Source of the DNA: Cyanidioschyzon merolae
Lineage: Eukaryota
Length of the DNA: 64,000 nucleotides
Assembly (NCBI GenBank): GCA_000091205.1
Contig: AP006487.2
Reading direction: 5' to 3' (one strand)
The number at the start of each line of letters is the position of its first letter. Position 1 is the first letter of the stretch. The notes under the pieces were generated by a model. The model was not told the origin of the DNA. It saw only the letters and a list, made by a program, of their open reading frames with translations, and searched no databases. Positions 11,238-23,210 of this stretch are shown here, one piece after another. The position numbers and the translations under genes were made by a program.

Positions 11238-12689
11238 ATGGATGCGGATCTGCTCGAAAAAGCCCGAGCACTAGCGGATCCGGCCTACGTTACTGTCGCC
11301 GAAGCCGCCCGCCGAAGTCGCACGGCGCTATTTCGTCAACTCCTTACCCAGCGAAGACTTTTGCCTCAGGGACTCGACGAGCACACCGTTCGTCTATTGG
11401 TCGACGAGCTCGCCGGCCTGGACGCAAACCAGTTTATAGACCAAGCCAACGTCGGCGAGCGCGAAGGCCGTATTTACAGCGAACTCGTGCGGGCGCGCCA
11501 TTTCGGAATGGCGCACGGCATGGGCCGGGCCGGCGACCTGGCTGCCTCGCAGCCCAAGGCCTGCGGTGCATCCATCCTCGTGCGTTTATGCGCGGCGCTA
11601 TTGCTGGATGCGCTCCATGTTGCCGGTTTCAGGAGCTGCCGTCGGGTCGCGCTGCTGCCGATCGCCACCGGCATGGCGATGACGCTGTGCCTGCTGGCGC
11701 TTCGCTGGCAGCGACCCGCCGCAGATCGCGTCCTCTGGATCCGCATCGACCAGAAAGCATGTCTGAAATGCATCAGAGCCGCTGGCTACCAGATTGATGT
11801 TCTGGAAAACAAACTCGATGGCGACCAGGTCGTCACCGATATGGAGGCGTTGGAGAAGCGTCTGGCAGCGAGCGACCCCAGCCGCTACGCTGCCGTCATC
11901 AGCACCACATCGTGTTTTGCGCCGCGTGCCCCTGACCGTGTTGTTGCTATCGCTCAGCTTTGTGCACGTTACGGCATACCGCACCTCATTAACCATGCCT
12001 ATGGCGTGCAGAGCCGCCGCTGCAACGGGCTCGTGTGCGCAGCGTGTCGCCTAGGTCGGGTCGATGCCGTCATTTTCTCGTTCGACAAGAACTTTATGGT
12101 GCCCGTCGGCGGCGCCGGCGTTGCTGGCACCTCCCCCACGTTCATCGAGGCAGTGGAGTCGTTATATCCGGGTCGCGCCTCCGTGGCACCGGTAGTGGAT
12201 CTGTTCATTACACTGCTCCAACTCGGCCGCGACGGCTTCTCGGGACTGCTGCGCGAACGCGAGCGTCGTTTCCAGCGCTTCCAGGCGCAGCTGGCGCCAG
12301 TACTCGCCAAGCACGGCGAACGACTATTGCACACGCCCGATAACCCAATCTCATTCGCAATCAGCCTGGAACACACCATGCTCGAGGGCGGCATCGAGCC
12401 AACGGCGATCGGGAGCATGCTGTACGCGAGGCGCTGTTCAGGGCCGCGCGCCGTGCTCGGCACCGAGCGGCGTCTCGTGCAGGGGGTGCTTCTAGCCGGG
12501 TACGGTGCGCATATCGCGGATTATCCGGTGCCGTACCTCAACCTGGCAGCAGCCATTGGGATCCGGGATATCGACATCGAACGATTCTGTCGCCGCCTGG
12601 ATGAGGTGCTGGGGCAGGTGCGCGGCACTCGCCACGCCTCTGCAGCTAGCGCGGCGCTTGGGCCCCGAGCCGATCCAGGTCCGCCATGA
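11238..12689 (+). CDS. SEPSECS: O-phosphoseryl-tRNA(Sec) selenium transferase (selenocysteine synthase, SepSecS)
   Basis: Near-collinear match to SepSecS across the whole protein: GEREGRIYSELVRARHFGMAHGMGRAGDLAASQPKA, RIDQKACLKCIRAAGY, STTSCFAPRAPDR, NHAYGVQS, SFDKNFMVPVGGA, YPGRASVAPVVD, LLHTPDNPISFAI. ORF-track start 11046 is upstream of the first conserved ATG (MDADLLEKARAL at 11238). Confidence 0.9.
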   Translation: MDADLLEKARALADPAYVTVAEAARRSRTALFRQLLTQRRLLPQGLDEHTVRLLVDELAGLDANQFIDQANVGEREGRIYSELVRARHFGMAHGMGRAGDLAASQPKACGASILVRLCAALLLDALHVAGFRSCRRVALLPIATGMAMTLCLLALRWQRPAADRVLWIRIDQKACLKCIRAAGYQIDVLENKLDGDQVVTDMEALEKRLAASDPSRYAAVISTTSCFAPRAPDRVVAIAQLCARYGIPHLINHAYGVQSRRCNGLVCAACRLGRVDAVIFSFDKNFMVPVGGAGVAGTSPTFIEAVESLYPGRASVAPVVDLFITLLQLGRDGFSGLLRERERRFQRFQAQLAPVLAKHGERLLHTPDNPISFAISLEHTMLEGGIEPTAIGSMLYARRCSGPRAVLGTERRLVQGVLLAGYGAHIADYPVPYLNLAAAIGIRDIDIERFCRRLDEVLGQVRGTRHASAASAALGPRADPGPP

Positions 12690-13761
12690 GGCGCGGCAGG
12701 CGCACCAGTCCGCGGATTCGTGCACCGACGCGACCGTCCCTGCGAATGACGAACGTGAGATCATCGCTCGGTTTCACATTCGATGCACGCGCACACTCTT
12801 CCCGGATCCAGGCAAGCCATTCCTGAGGATTCGCTGGGGTTGCGATCCAGAATGCATTCGCTCGTCTGCGGGCGGCATCCAGGGCAACGAGCCAAGCATC
12901 GAGCACACCTGAAGCAGACCGCGTTTCCGCGCTGGACGGCACTGTAGGCGTTTGTCGGGCCGCGTCCCAGAGGACTGGCACCCAGACAACGCTCCGCTGA
13001 ATGAGTGCATCCGAATGCGGCTCGGCCTGAGCGAGCCACTCGCGCGCTTTCTCCAGACTCGTGACAGTGATGATGACTCGATACTGCCCTCGCAGGGAAG
13101 CGAGGGGAAAGCGCCAGCGAGGTCCCGGCTCCGACTCTAGCTGTAGCGCAGCGAGGCGCGCTCCCTGTTGCATGCGCTCGAGGCGTCGCTTGGCAGCCAC
13201 ATCGTCCCAGCGGTAGAGTGCTGCACAGAGCACACCAGAGGTCACGTCGATACCGAGGTTGCGCGCAGCCTGCCACCAGCTCTCGGTGGCGGTTGCACTG
13301 CCCGTGAGGGCCACCAGGCTACTCAGCGCGATAACGCTGGCGATGGTTGCACTCGCAACGCCGCCGGCATAGAGAAACTGGCGCGCTTTGCGGAACGGTG
13401 CCTCGGCCTCCTCGCGTAGCTGCCGTCGCTGTGCGGCACTGAGCGCAGCACTTGCTGGTGGTTCCCGGATAGTGCGCGCCTCCCGGAGCTGCGGTTTCGG
13501 ATAGCGGCTCTCGGGCTCCGTTCCCTGGTGGCTGCTCACGCTCGCACAGGCAACTGGCACACGCAAGTGCTTCTTGTGTGTAGGCGAGGAGCGTGCCGAT
13601 GGCATAACTGCCGCGGTGCGCGTAGCGCATGCCGCACCATGCACCCACGCGGAGCGCGAGTACCTGCACTGCCGTGTGCACACCGCAGGTACAAAACCGA
13701 ACCACAGCGACTCCACGGTAAAAGCAAGTTGTCTCTGATGACGTGCCGGTCTCGAAACCAT
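12646..13761 (-). CDS. Hypothetical protein with one predicted TM helix
   Basis: 371-aa ORF with ATG start; hydrophobic segment ATIASVIALSSLVALTGSATA. No recognisable domain. Its 3' end overlaps the SepSecS stop by ~44 nt (convergent). Confidence 0.3.
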   Translation of the reverse strand: MVSRPARHQRQLAFTVESLWFGFVPAVCTRQCRYSRSAWVHGAACATRTAAVMPSARSSPTHKKHLRVPVACASVSSHQGTEPESRYPKPQLREARTIREPPASAALSAAQRRQLREEAEAPFRKARQFLYAGGVASATIASVIALSSLVALTGSATATESWWQAARNLGIDVTSGVLCAALYRWDDVAAKRRLERMQQGARLAALQLESEPGPRWRFPLASLRGQYRVIITVTSLEKAREWLAQAEPHSDALIQRSVVWVPVLWDAARQTPTVPSSAETRSASGVLDAWLVALDAARRRANAFWIATPANPQEWLAWIREECARASNVKPSDDLTFVIRRDGRVGARIRGLVRLPRLMADLDRLGAQAPR

Positions 13762-13982
13762 AAACTTGCAGCGGAGTTTGCTTTAAGTCAGTTCCCCGAA
13801 AGGCGTCGTGCGCTTAACCTGTTGCACAGGCGCACGTGCCAGCACAAAGTGGCAGCGTTATGGATCGGCGCACACCTGCACATAGCAGCGTTCACGTTTG
13901 TACCCGTGGCTGTGCAGCCCAGTGTTGTTGCAGAGTCTGCGTCCAGGAGAGTGCAAGGAAGCGGCATGGAACCGCACACCGA

Positions 13983-15345
13983 ATGAGGTCTCGTGATCGA
14001 GTCATCTACGAGTTTGACTCCGTTCCCGCTAAACTCTGTCTAATAGAAACATACATCGACTGAGGTCTCGTGATCGATTCATCTACAAGTTTGACTCCGT
14101 TCCCGCTAGACTCTGTCTAATAGAAACGTACATCGACTGAGGTCTCGTGATCGATTCATCCACGAGTTTGACTCCGTTCCCGCTAGACTCTGTCTAATAG
14201 AAACATACACCGACTGAGGTCTCGTGATCGATTCATCTACGAGTTTGACTCCGTTCCCGCTAGACTCTGTCTAATAGAAACATACACCGACTGAGGTCTC
14301 GTGATCGATTCATCCACGAGTTTGACTCCGTTCCCGCTAGACTCTGTTTAATAGAAACAAACATCGACTGAGGTCTCGTGATCGATTCATCCACGAGTTT
14401 GACTCCGTTCCCGCTAAACTCTGTCTAATAGAAACATACACCGACTGAGGTCTCGTGATCGATTCATCCACGAGTTTGACTCCGTTCCCGCTAGACTCTG
14501 TTTAATAGAAACATACATCGACTGAGGTCTCGTGATCGATTCATCCACGAGTTTGACTCCGTTCCCGCTAGACTCTGTCTAATAGAAACATACATCGACT
14601 GAGGTCTCGTGATCGATTCATCCACGAGTTTGACTCCGTTCCCGCTAGACTCTGTTTGATAGAAACATACATCGACTGAGGTCTCGTGATCGATTCATCC
14701 ACGAGTTTGACTCCGTTCCCGCTAGACTCTGTCTAATAGAAACATACACCGACTGAGGTCTCGTGATCGATTCATCCACGAGTTTGACTCCGTTCCCGCT
14801 AGACTCTGTTTAATAGAAACAAACATCGACTGAGGTCTCGTGATCGATTCATCCACGAGTTTGACTCCGTTCCCGCTAGACTCTGTCTAATAGAAACATA
14901 CACCGACTGAGGTCTCGTGATCGATTCATCCACGAGTTTGACTCCGTTCCCGCTAGACTCTGTTTAATAGAAACATACATCGACTGAGGTCTCGTGATCG
15001 ATTCATCCACGAGTTTGACTCCGTTCCCGCTAGACTCTGTCTAATAGAAACATACATCGACTGAGGTCTCGTGATCGATTCATCCACGAGTTTGACTCCG
15101 TTCCCGCTAGACTCTGTTTGATAGAAACATACATCGACTGAGGTCTCGTGATCGATTCATCCACGAGTTTGACTCCGTTCCCGCTAGACTCTGTCTAATA
15201 GAAACATACATCGACTGAGGTCTCGTGATCGATTCATCCACGAGTTTGACTCCGTTCCCGCTAGACTCTGTCTAATAGAAACATACACCGACTGAAGTCT
15301 CGTGATCGATTCATCTACGAGTTTGACTCCGGTCCCGCTAGACTC
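13983..15345. repeat. 77-bp tandem satellite, ~17.6 head-to-tail copies
   Basis: Unit gaggtctcgtgatcgattcatccacgagtttgactccgttcccgctagactctgtctaatagaaacatacaccgact repeated contiguously with a few point variants (c/t, a/t, aaact/agact). Each unit contains an inverted repeat ctcgtg...cacgag (6-bp stem, 11-nt loop). No unique spacers. Confidence 0.95.
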
Positions 15346-15985
15346 CATGTTTCGTACGAGGCGCTCGCGAGGATCACCCGCGTGATACTGGGACGCGCTC
15401 GAATGCGTTGCACTCACAGAGCCTCAGTTCTCACTGGTCCCCGTGGGGCATCGTATTTGGGACGGCTTCTGCCGATGCATCATGAATCTAATCGATATAT
15501 GTGTATCTTCAGTCAGCGTGGTGATTGCATCTGTATCGCTCTGCGAGGTGTCTGGGCTCTCCGCGAATGCGTATGGTGCCCGCATCGAAAGTTTCGACAG
15601 ACGGGGTGCCAGTGGTAAAGTGAGGCTGTAACCAGGCTCTTGGAAAGACGCGTTTATCGAACAGCGCTCTGTTCATGATGTAGAACGTGTAAACACGAAG
15701 CTGCAGTCACGACATGTGCTCTGTGAAAAACAACGAGGGCCCAGGTATGCTCTGGGCCATCGCTTGGAGACAGGCTCCCTCATCCTCCATCTGTTTTGCA
15801 CAGGAGAGAGGCCGCATAGTCAAGAGATCAGCGGCCTGACATGTGTACGATGCAAAGGTAGCAGTCAGAGCCTTCTGATCCACCGGGTGTTTCCAGGACG
15901 CCCGGCGCTGCACCTACGGAGCTCGCGCTTGCGCTGGACTCTAGGGTTCAACACCCGTAGCGCTTGTCTGTTTGCGGTCGGTACT

Positions 15986-16600
15986 ATGCTGCGTCTGGCC
16001 GAATGGAAAGACGCACAAACCACAGACGATGCAGACAAAAGTGACGAAGTTCGCAGCACCTCGCAACTGGCGAGCACCCCGCCGCAACCGAGTTCCCAGG
16101 TAGCTGGAGTGCCAACACCCGCGTCGCTACGCTGGCTGAGTCAACAGCGTCTCCAGCAGGACTTGACGGAGCTCGGCGTGACTGCACCGGAACTCGAGCT
16201 GCAGTTTCCGGACCTTTCGGATATCTCCCGGTTTATCGTAACGCTGTCTCCAGCAGAGGGCTGGTACAAGGGTCTGTGCTTTCGCTTTGCGTTTACGGTG
16301 CTGGAGACGTATCCTTTCGAGCCGCCACTGGTTCGCTGCCTCGACGCTGTCTGGCACCCTAACCTGGACGAACACGGTGCGGTCTGTCTGAGTATTTTAC
16401 GTGAGGACTGGCGACCCGTGTATACGCTCGTATCGCTAGTTCAAGGGCTTTTGCACTTGTTACTGGAGCCGAACCCGAACGATGCTCTAAACGCTGCAGC
16501 CGCCGAGATGCTGGTGCAAGACCCCGCCGCCTTTCAGGCTCGTGTTCACCAGCAGGTTCGGGAGCGCCAATACCATTTCGAGAACGCTGCACCTCCATGA
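15986..16600 (+). CDS. UBC12: NEDD8-conjugating enzyme UBC12 (UBE2M-like E2)
   Basis: UBC fold with HPN motif and active-site Cys: CLDAVWHPNLDEHGAVCLSILREDWRPVYTLVSLVQGLLHLLLEPNPNDALNAAAAEML; N-terminal extension typical of UBC12. First in-frame ATG with homology at 15986 (ORF track starts earlier at 15716). Confidence 0.9.
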   Translation: MLRLAEWKDAQTTDDADKSDEVRSTSQLASTPPQPSSQVAGVPTPASLRWLSQQRLQQDLTELGVTAPELELQFPDLSDISRFIVTLSPAEGWYKGLCFRFAFTVLETYPFEPPLVRCLDAVWHPNLDEHGAVCLSILREDWRPVYTLVSLVQGLLHLLLEPNPNDALNAAAAEMLVQDPAAFQARVHQQVRERQYHFENAAPP

Positions 16601-16808
16601 GACATGCAGACCGGAAACGGCTTCCTGCGTCGCTTATGCATATCTGCAGTGTCGCTGGGGCGCAGCTCGCCGGTGTCTGAAGTCTGCGCACTTTAGACGC
16701 TGCCGCCGAAAGCATTTCCAGTCTGGAAGGGTGGCTCGTTCACAAGCTATGGCCAGCGTACACCAATGCAGGATCCGCTCACGATACCGTGCGAGTGTCA
16801 GCGCGCAA

Positions 16809-18395
16809 CTAGCCGTACTGTGTGCTTCCCAGCAGGACGTCGCTTCGCGCTGCAGATGTGGATGCTCCGAGGTCAACGAATTGTGTGTCCAGAAAAGTTT
16901 CGAGCGGCAGCTGCTGTTCCGTTGCCGCTAAAAGCCAATCTATTCGATATGCTCGCGCATATCGACACCGAAACCACGCCGTCACCGGAGGTGTCAGCGC
17001 TTCCTTCATGCCGATCAGGCTGCCGATTTCGAGACGACCATGCGTTTCATTCAGATTCTCTTGTCCTGGAGCGGATCGCATTTCTACGAGGAACCACGGC
17101 AACGCTGGCCCATTCATCTGGGCATCCGTCGCACCAGCGGTATCGCCAGGAGCATCTGATGTATCCCACGGTTCGAGCGCATTTCGCTCAAAGCGAGGAC
17201 ATCCGCGACCTTTCCACACCATCCATCGATGTTCTTCGTCTTGGCAAATATGTCGAAGTACATGGAGAGAACGAGGACTCGTTAGGTGTTCCAGTCGCTG
17301 CCATATCATTTTCCGCAATGAAACCCATGAAGGATGGTCAACGCGCAGGCTAAACATCCAAATCCGTAACAAAAGCAAGAGCTGGAAACAGTCATCCGTG
17401 CGAAGTTGCTCCAGAAGGCTGGCGTCGAGAGCGCCCACCGCACAGGCCTCGACCCAGTTGTAGGTTTGGATGAGCGATCGCTGAACACCAGCGAAATGAA
17501 TCGATCGATGCCAACTCGATATGTCGGAGCTCTTGTCTTCAACGCCATCGCCAGGTGCAGGGAGAAAATCAGTCAGAACGCGGCTGGCGTCAGTTGCGTC
17601 CACAGGAACGTTACCTCCGAGCATCCGCAACAGAGCTGCAAGTGCAGTCGGACTCGGTGCCATGCTCGGCTGCTGCTCCGGGCGAGTAGATTCCGTGCTC
17701 ATTCCCTGCGTAGAAGCATGCGTTCGCTTCTGCTGATCATCAGAGTGATTCGTTGTGTCTGCGTGGGACTGCTCGGGACCAGACATCGTTATCGTCGTCG
17801 TTTTGGTAATATCCGCCTTTGTATCTGTTTCATTGGTCGAGCGCGATGATCTGGATATAAATGCTGACGCGTGGAGCGCCGCTCCCTCTTTTTCAACGTT
17901 CGGGATCTGCCGAGGCCAGTGCGAACCCGGTGCCAGAGAAGCATACGCATTCCGCAAGTTCACGTGCGAGCGATCGTCAACTGGTAGCGCTGCACTCAAC
18001 AGTCGCATAGCTCGAGCACGCAACTGCCAGTCCCGCATTCCAGAAGTGCGAGCCATGAGTCCACGCCAGAGCGCTCGAATGAGCGTCAGACCCTCCCGCG
18101 GTGTCAACGGTTCCCCGCGGCGTGCTGCGACGTACCCCTCTAGCGCTTCGAGGACCGACTCAACCTGGGACGCTCGACTGATCGTGACAGGGACCGCTTC
18201 CAACCATTCTTCAATAGTTTTCCAGTCGCCTTGGGCAAGTTGATCACGCAAAAAATCGACCGGGGAGCTCGTAGCGCCATCAGAGGCCGCAGCCGGCGCT
18301 GCCACGAAAACGCTTGCCACTTCGGTCGTCTCCGACCCGGAGGCACGAGACGCTGCGGTTGCTTTTCCTGTGCGTTGCCGTTTGGTCCCGGGCAT
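16809..18395 (-). CDS. Hypothetical protein (528 aa), no recognised domain
   Basis: Long ATG-initiated ORF in GC-rich coding-like sequence; S/T/A-rich N-terminal and low-complexity middle region. Confidence 0.4.
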   Translation of the reverse strand: MPGTKRQRTGKATAASRASGSETTEVASVFVAAPAAASDGATSSPVDFLRDQLAQGDWKTIEEWLEAVPVTISRASQVESVLEALEGYVAARRGEPLTPREGLTLIRALWRGLMARTSGMRDWQLRARAMRLLSAALPVDDRSHVNLRNAYASLAPGSHWPRQIPNVEKEGAALHASAFISRSSRSTNETDTKADITKTTTITMSGPEQSHADTTNHSDDQQKRTHASTQGMSTESTRPEQQPSMAPSPTALAALLRMLGGNVPVDATDASRVLTDFLPAPGDGVEDKSSDISSWHRSIHFAGVQRSLIQTYNWVEACAVGALDASLLEQLRTDDCFQLLLLLRIWMFSLRVDHPSWVSLRKMIWQRLEHLTSPRSLHVLRHICQDEEHRWMVWKGRGCPRFERNALEPWDTSDAPGDTAGATDAQMNGPALPWFLVEMRSAPGQENLNETHGRLEIGSLIGMKEALTPPVTAWFRCRYARAYRIDWLLAATEQQLPLETFLDTQFVDLGASTSAARSDVLLGSTQYG

Positions 18396-19289
18396 GCTCC
18401 AGACCTCACTGAAAGCACGTCCGTAACAGTCGCACTGATGGACTTGGCCCTGAAGCGCTCACCGAGACGCAGCGACAGTACGGCTAGGCGCAAGCGCTGC
18501 GCCCTGGCGATGGAGGCGCCCTCACAGAGCCGCTGTGCCAAACTGCCGAGCGACTCTCCCTCTACAAGCAAGATCGAAGCGCCGAACTAGAATTCGGTCT
18601 GACTTGGGGAGTTGCAGACTGTGGTCAGGGAAGAGAGCTTCATCTCTCGGAAGGTGACTGAACACGCCGCAACTGCTCGACCCCGTCTTCTCGCCGGGCA
18701 CGATCACAAGGTGAGAGCCGCGCAACGCTACGGGTATCCAGCCTTGCCCAGAAGGTCGTAGCGACACCTGCAACCTCAATGGTGTGAGATGCATGAGTCT
18801 GAACAGGTTCGCATTGGGTGCTAAAGTGGTTTCGGGGAATACGAAAGGGATCCAGGTTCCTGCAGGTACACTGCTGCTTACGACAACAGTCTGAGTACAA
18901 TTGCTCCGTGGAAGTGAGGCCGCGTCCGTGTCAGCATTATTTGGAACGGGTCGTGCGTCTCTGGCGTATACGCTAAACTTTGACGCTGTTTGCAGTGGCT
19001 TGAACACTGGTCGAGCTGTCTATATCTGCTTCTACTTCCTATTCCTCTCTGTTCCCTCGGATGGAAACGCGCAGGTCTGTCGATTACGTCTAGCTCCGTT
19101 GCCAGCAGTCGAAACATGTTGGTGGCAGCCTTGCAGTCCTGATTTCGCCGCATTCGGCTCTTGTCAACACATCGCAGAGAAAGACAGTAGTTGCGGTCTA
19201 GATTTCGCTTTCCATGTTCATCTTCTTTGGACACAGCGAGGCGCTTCGCAAAAGGTGAAATTCGGCGACGCTCAGGTGCTCCAAGATGT

Positions 19290-19650
19290 CAAGCACACCG
19301 CTTTTGCCTACGAGGATCATCCCGTGGCGCGTGAACGCTTACTTCATCGCACGCTACATGCCCTTGACGGGAACTAGAGGCTCTACTCGATGCCTTGCTC
19401 CATTTCGGCGCCTGGTACCGCACCTTGGCATCACGGGCTTTTCCTGGGCGATCCCCTTGACGAGTACTCGGTTCGCTGCAGAAGGGATACGCCACTCTAC
19501 TCGATAGAGGATTTGTGGAACGCACTCATGTCTGTCAGAGCACAAGTACTGGAAGGAGAATCTAGGCTGCAGATCGCGTCGAGAAATTTCGATCGGTCTA
19601 TGCTGGCTTGTACACTGCGAGGACGCACGCTCTGCTGGAAGTGATCGCGG
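19290..19650 (+). repeat. Diverged repeat copy 1 (partner of 22930-23210 in inverted orientation)
   Basis: Encodes LFLGDPLDEYSVRCRRDTPLYSIEDLWNALMSV; the partner on the opposite strand encodes LFLSDTIGEYSVRGTNKRTLFHSVDELWNPMLTM. ~65% nucleotide identity over ~100 nt. Confidence 0.5.
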
Positions 19651-20506
19651 CAGTGATTGGATTCCAAATGCAAGACTCTTTGCCACGCAAACGGGCAAGA
19701 TGATAGCCGCTGTGAGCATATTCCGTGAGAGCTATCAAGCTGCAATGGAATCCCGTTTCGTTTACAGGCACGAACATGCAAGTATTCGTATTTCGAATGG
19801 AAACGATTACTGGATGTGACAAGTTCAAAGAACTTTCGGCATGCGCTTGTGAAGAATCCGTCAACGAACGTCGTCAGTTGCGTTACCTAGTCCATCCAGC
19901 GCTGCACATTGCTGCACCTTCGATTCGACTTGGAATCGAAAAATCGAATTCTTGGAGAATGCATGATTTGAGCTTGCTAAACGTCAGGAAAGGAGAACAT
20001 CGGAGGCCTGCACCCATATATTGGATCACGATATCGGTTAGGTAACGAACGCTAGTTCGAGGGCGTCGCCAATGGTCTTGACGCCGGTAACGTCACGAAC
20101 TCCAGTGGGAAAGCGTCGCAGGAGCCACTCCAATGAGACGACCGAAAATCCTCGTTCTACCCATGAATCCAGCATAGCTCTGCCATGCATTTCAATGTCG
20201 TAGCCGTGCAACTAAGAAAAGTTCCGGAAGAAAATCGAAAGGTAAAAATAGATGGACCCGTGCTGTTTTCCATTGTCATCGAACATAGGTATGGCATAGC
20301 GTGGACTCCTGCATGTAGCGACGTCGCCGCCGCCGCCGCCGGCGGTGCGCTTTAGAGACACGCCGAACAACCCCAACGACAAGGCTGCTTCTGTCTGTAG
20401 CGTTTCCGCGTTCTGGTAGCCGTCAACACGTTTCGCTTCGTTCGATGTACAAAGCTTTCGACGGTGCAGCGAACGCTTTCCCGTGTCCATGAAGAAGCGC
20501 TTTTAG

Positions 20507-21592
<1,086 letters not shown>

Positions 21593-22929
21593 AAGCCGGG
21601 TTTTGGCTCAACGGGGTACGAGCGGTGCGCTCTGGAAGAATGATGCGCAGGCGTTGTGCGCGTTCGGCGGCAATCGCTGAAAGTGAAATGTGCAGATAAT
21701 GCAAAGTGTCCAGTCGTCCGATTAGGCTCCATGGATGAATGAGGAAGCGGAAGGCGTCCCTGCCATGGTTTTCCCCAGCGTCTACCAGCTGAGTCTATTT
21801 TGGGCGGCACTACTCGAACGCGTCGGGGGAAAAGACGACCCCAGACTCCGGAAAGGCGCCACAGTGTACACCATTTTGGCTATGTTGTGGCGAATCTCGT
21901 GTATCTGTTCGTGTGGATCCACTTCGGGCTGCAGGCAAAAATGGGTACGTCGCACTAACGCGCTATCCTTCATCCGTGGGTCTGAAACACCACTGCGCGG
22001 GAGATCTTTTCGCCCCGTGGAGCATGCCTCCGATAACTTAAGCTTGTCAAAGACGGAGAGAACCATAGCTTACCTATGTGCGCGTAGGAACGCGTATCTG
22101 CCATCAGCACTAGTCGGGAGAACCTGCATGGACTATGAGTAGCCTTGTGCACGGAGCAAGTTCCCTGAAAAACTACCCACCCATGCCCCCGTGTCAGATT
22201 CAAATGGAACACGAAACCGCTTGCTCTGTCGCAGCCTTTCTATTTTGGCAAAAATTGGTTTAGATATACAGCCCCGGCATTCGAAGTTTATCAGTATGGG
22301 CTAGCGGATCTACGGGTGGTATTCGGATTCTCGGTCACCTTTACGATGTGGCTCTTTCGACGCTTTGCCGCTGGAATTCGTATATTACCGGAACCGAAAT
22401 GATTCGCAATGGCATCGAATCATGATTCGAAAAATAATCGATGTCGTTCCCCAATTCCTATGTACAAGTCTCTGCACTTGTCTTTTGCTATGTGAAGCGT
22501 GCTCTTGTCACGCATTATGCCAAGTTTTCGAGCTTTCTGTTCCAAGGCGACTCGAGGGCACAGCAGTTTGCGCACCTGAATTCACGACGGAAAGAGAAAA
22601 CGACGTCGTCTCTCGACGGCTCTTTCGCAAGGCTCCTCGCGAACATTCACCCCACTGCTGACGTGAAATTATCGATTCCATGCGAACAACATATGCGTCT
22701 CTCTTGTGGCCGTCGACTAGACGAGATTCCACAACAGCTGGAGACCGCTCACGGGATATGCTTGCAGAGGCGCCCATCTCTTTTTTTTTTGCGTGGAGAA
22801 AGACCCCGGACTCCGACTTGAGACATTCCAGAGATCAGTACCAGTGGGGCGTGCGTCGCTGCTTTGCTTGAAGCAAGTGCAGACGAAGCGAAAGCTCTCG
22901 TCCTGGTCTCGAGCCTGCATTCGCTTTTT

Positions 22930-23210
22930 CATAATTGTTTCATCATGGTCAACATCGGATTCCACAACTCGTCTACAGAATGGAACAGCGTACGCTTGTT
23001 TGTACCGCGGACAGAGTACTCGCCAATGGTATCGCTCAGAAAAAGTTCATGATCGTTGTGCATTGCACTGGGCAGGAAACCGAGAAGAGCAGCGAGGCGA
23101 AACCTCTGCTCTCTGACCTGGATGTATCGGACGGTAAAGCAAGCATTTTCGCGCCACAATGCAGCACTCGTAGGGGAAAGCGTAGCGGACATGCGGGAAC
23201 ACCCGACCAC
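22930..23210 (-). repeat. Diverged repeat copy 2 (inverted partner of 19290-19650)
   Basis: See copy 1; the two copies flank the Dim1 gene at ~3.3 kb spacing. Confidence 0.5.

Noticed and set aside
10892-11797. 301-aa plus-strand ORF overlapping the exostosin-like gene, and similar long ORFs antisense to real genes (e.g. 36219-36734, 39841-40872, 61898-62386, 51751-52479, 40346-40702)
   Set aside because: R/A/P/G-rich translations typical of antisense or off-frame reading of GC-rich coding DNA; each is fully nested in or opposite a gene with clear homology.
13983-15345. 77-bp repeat array considered as a CRISPR array
   Set aside because: Units are contiguous with no unique spacers between them, and the context is a eukaryotic nuclear locus; this is a satellite/minisatellite.
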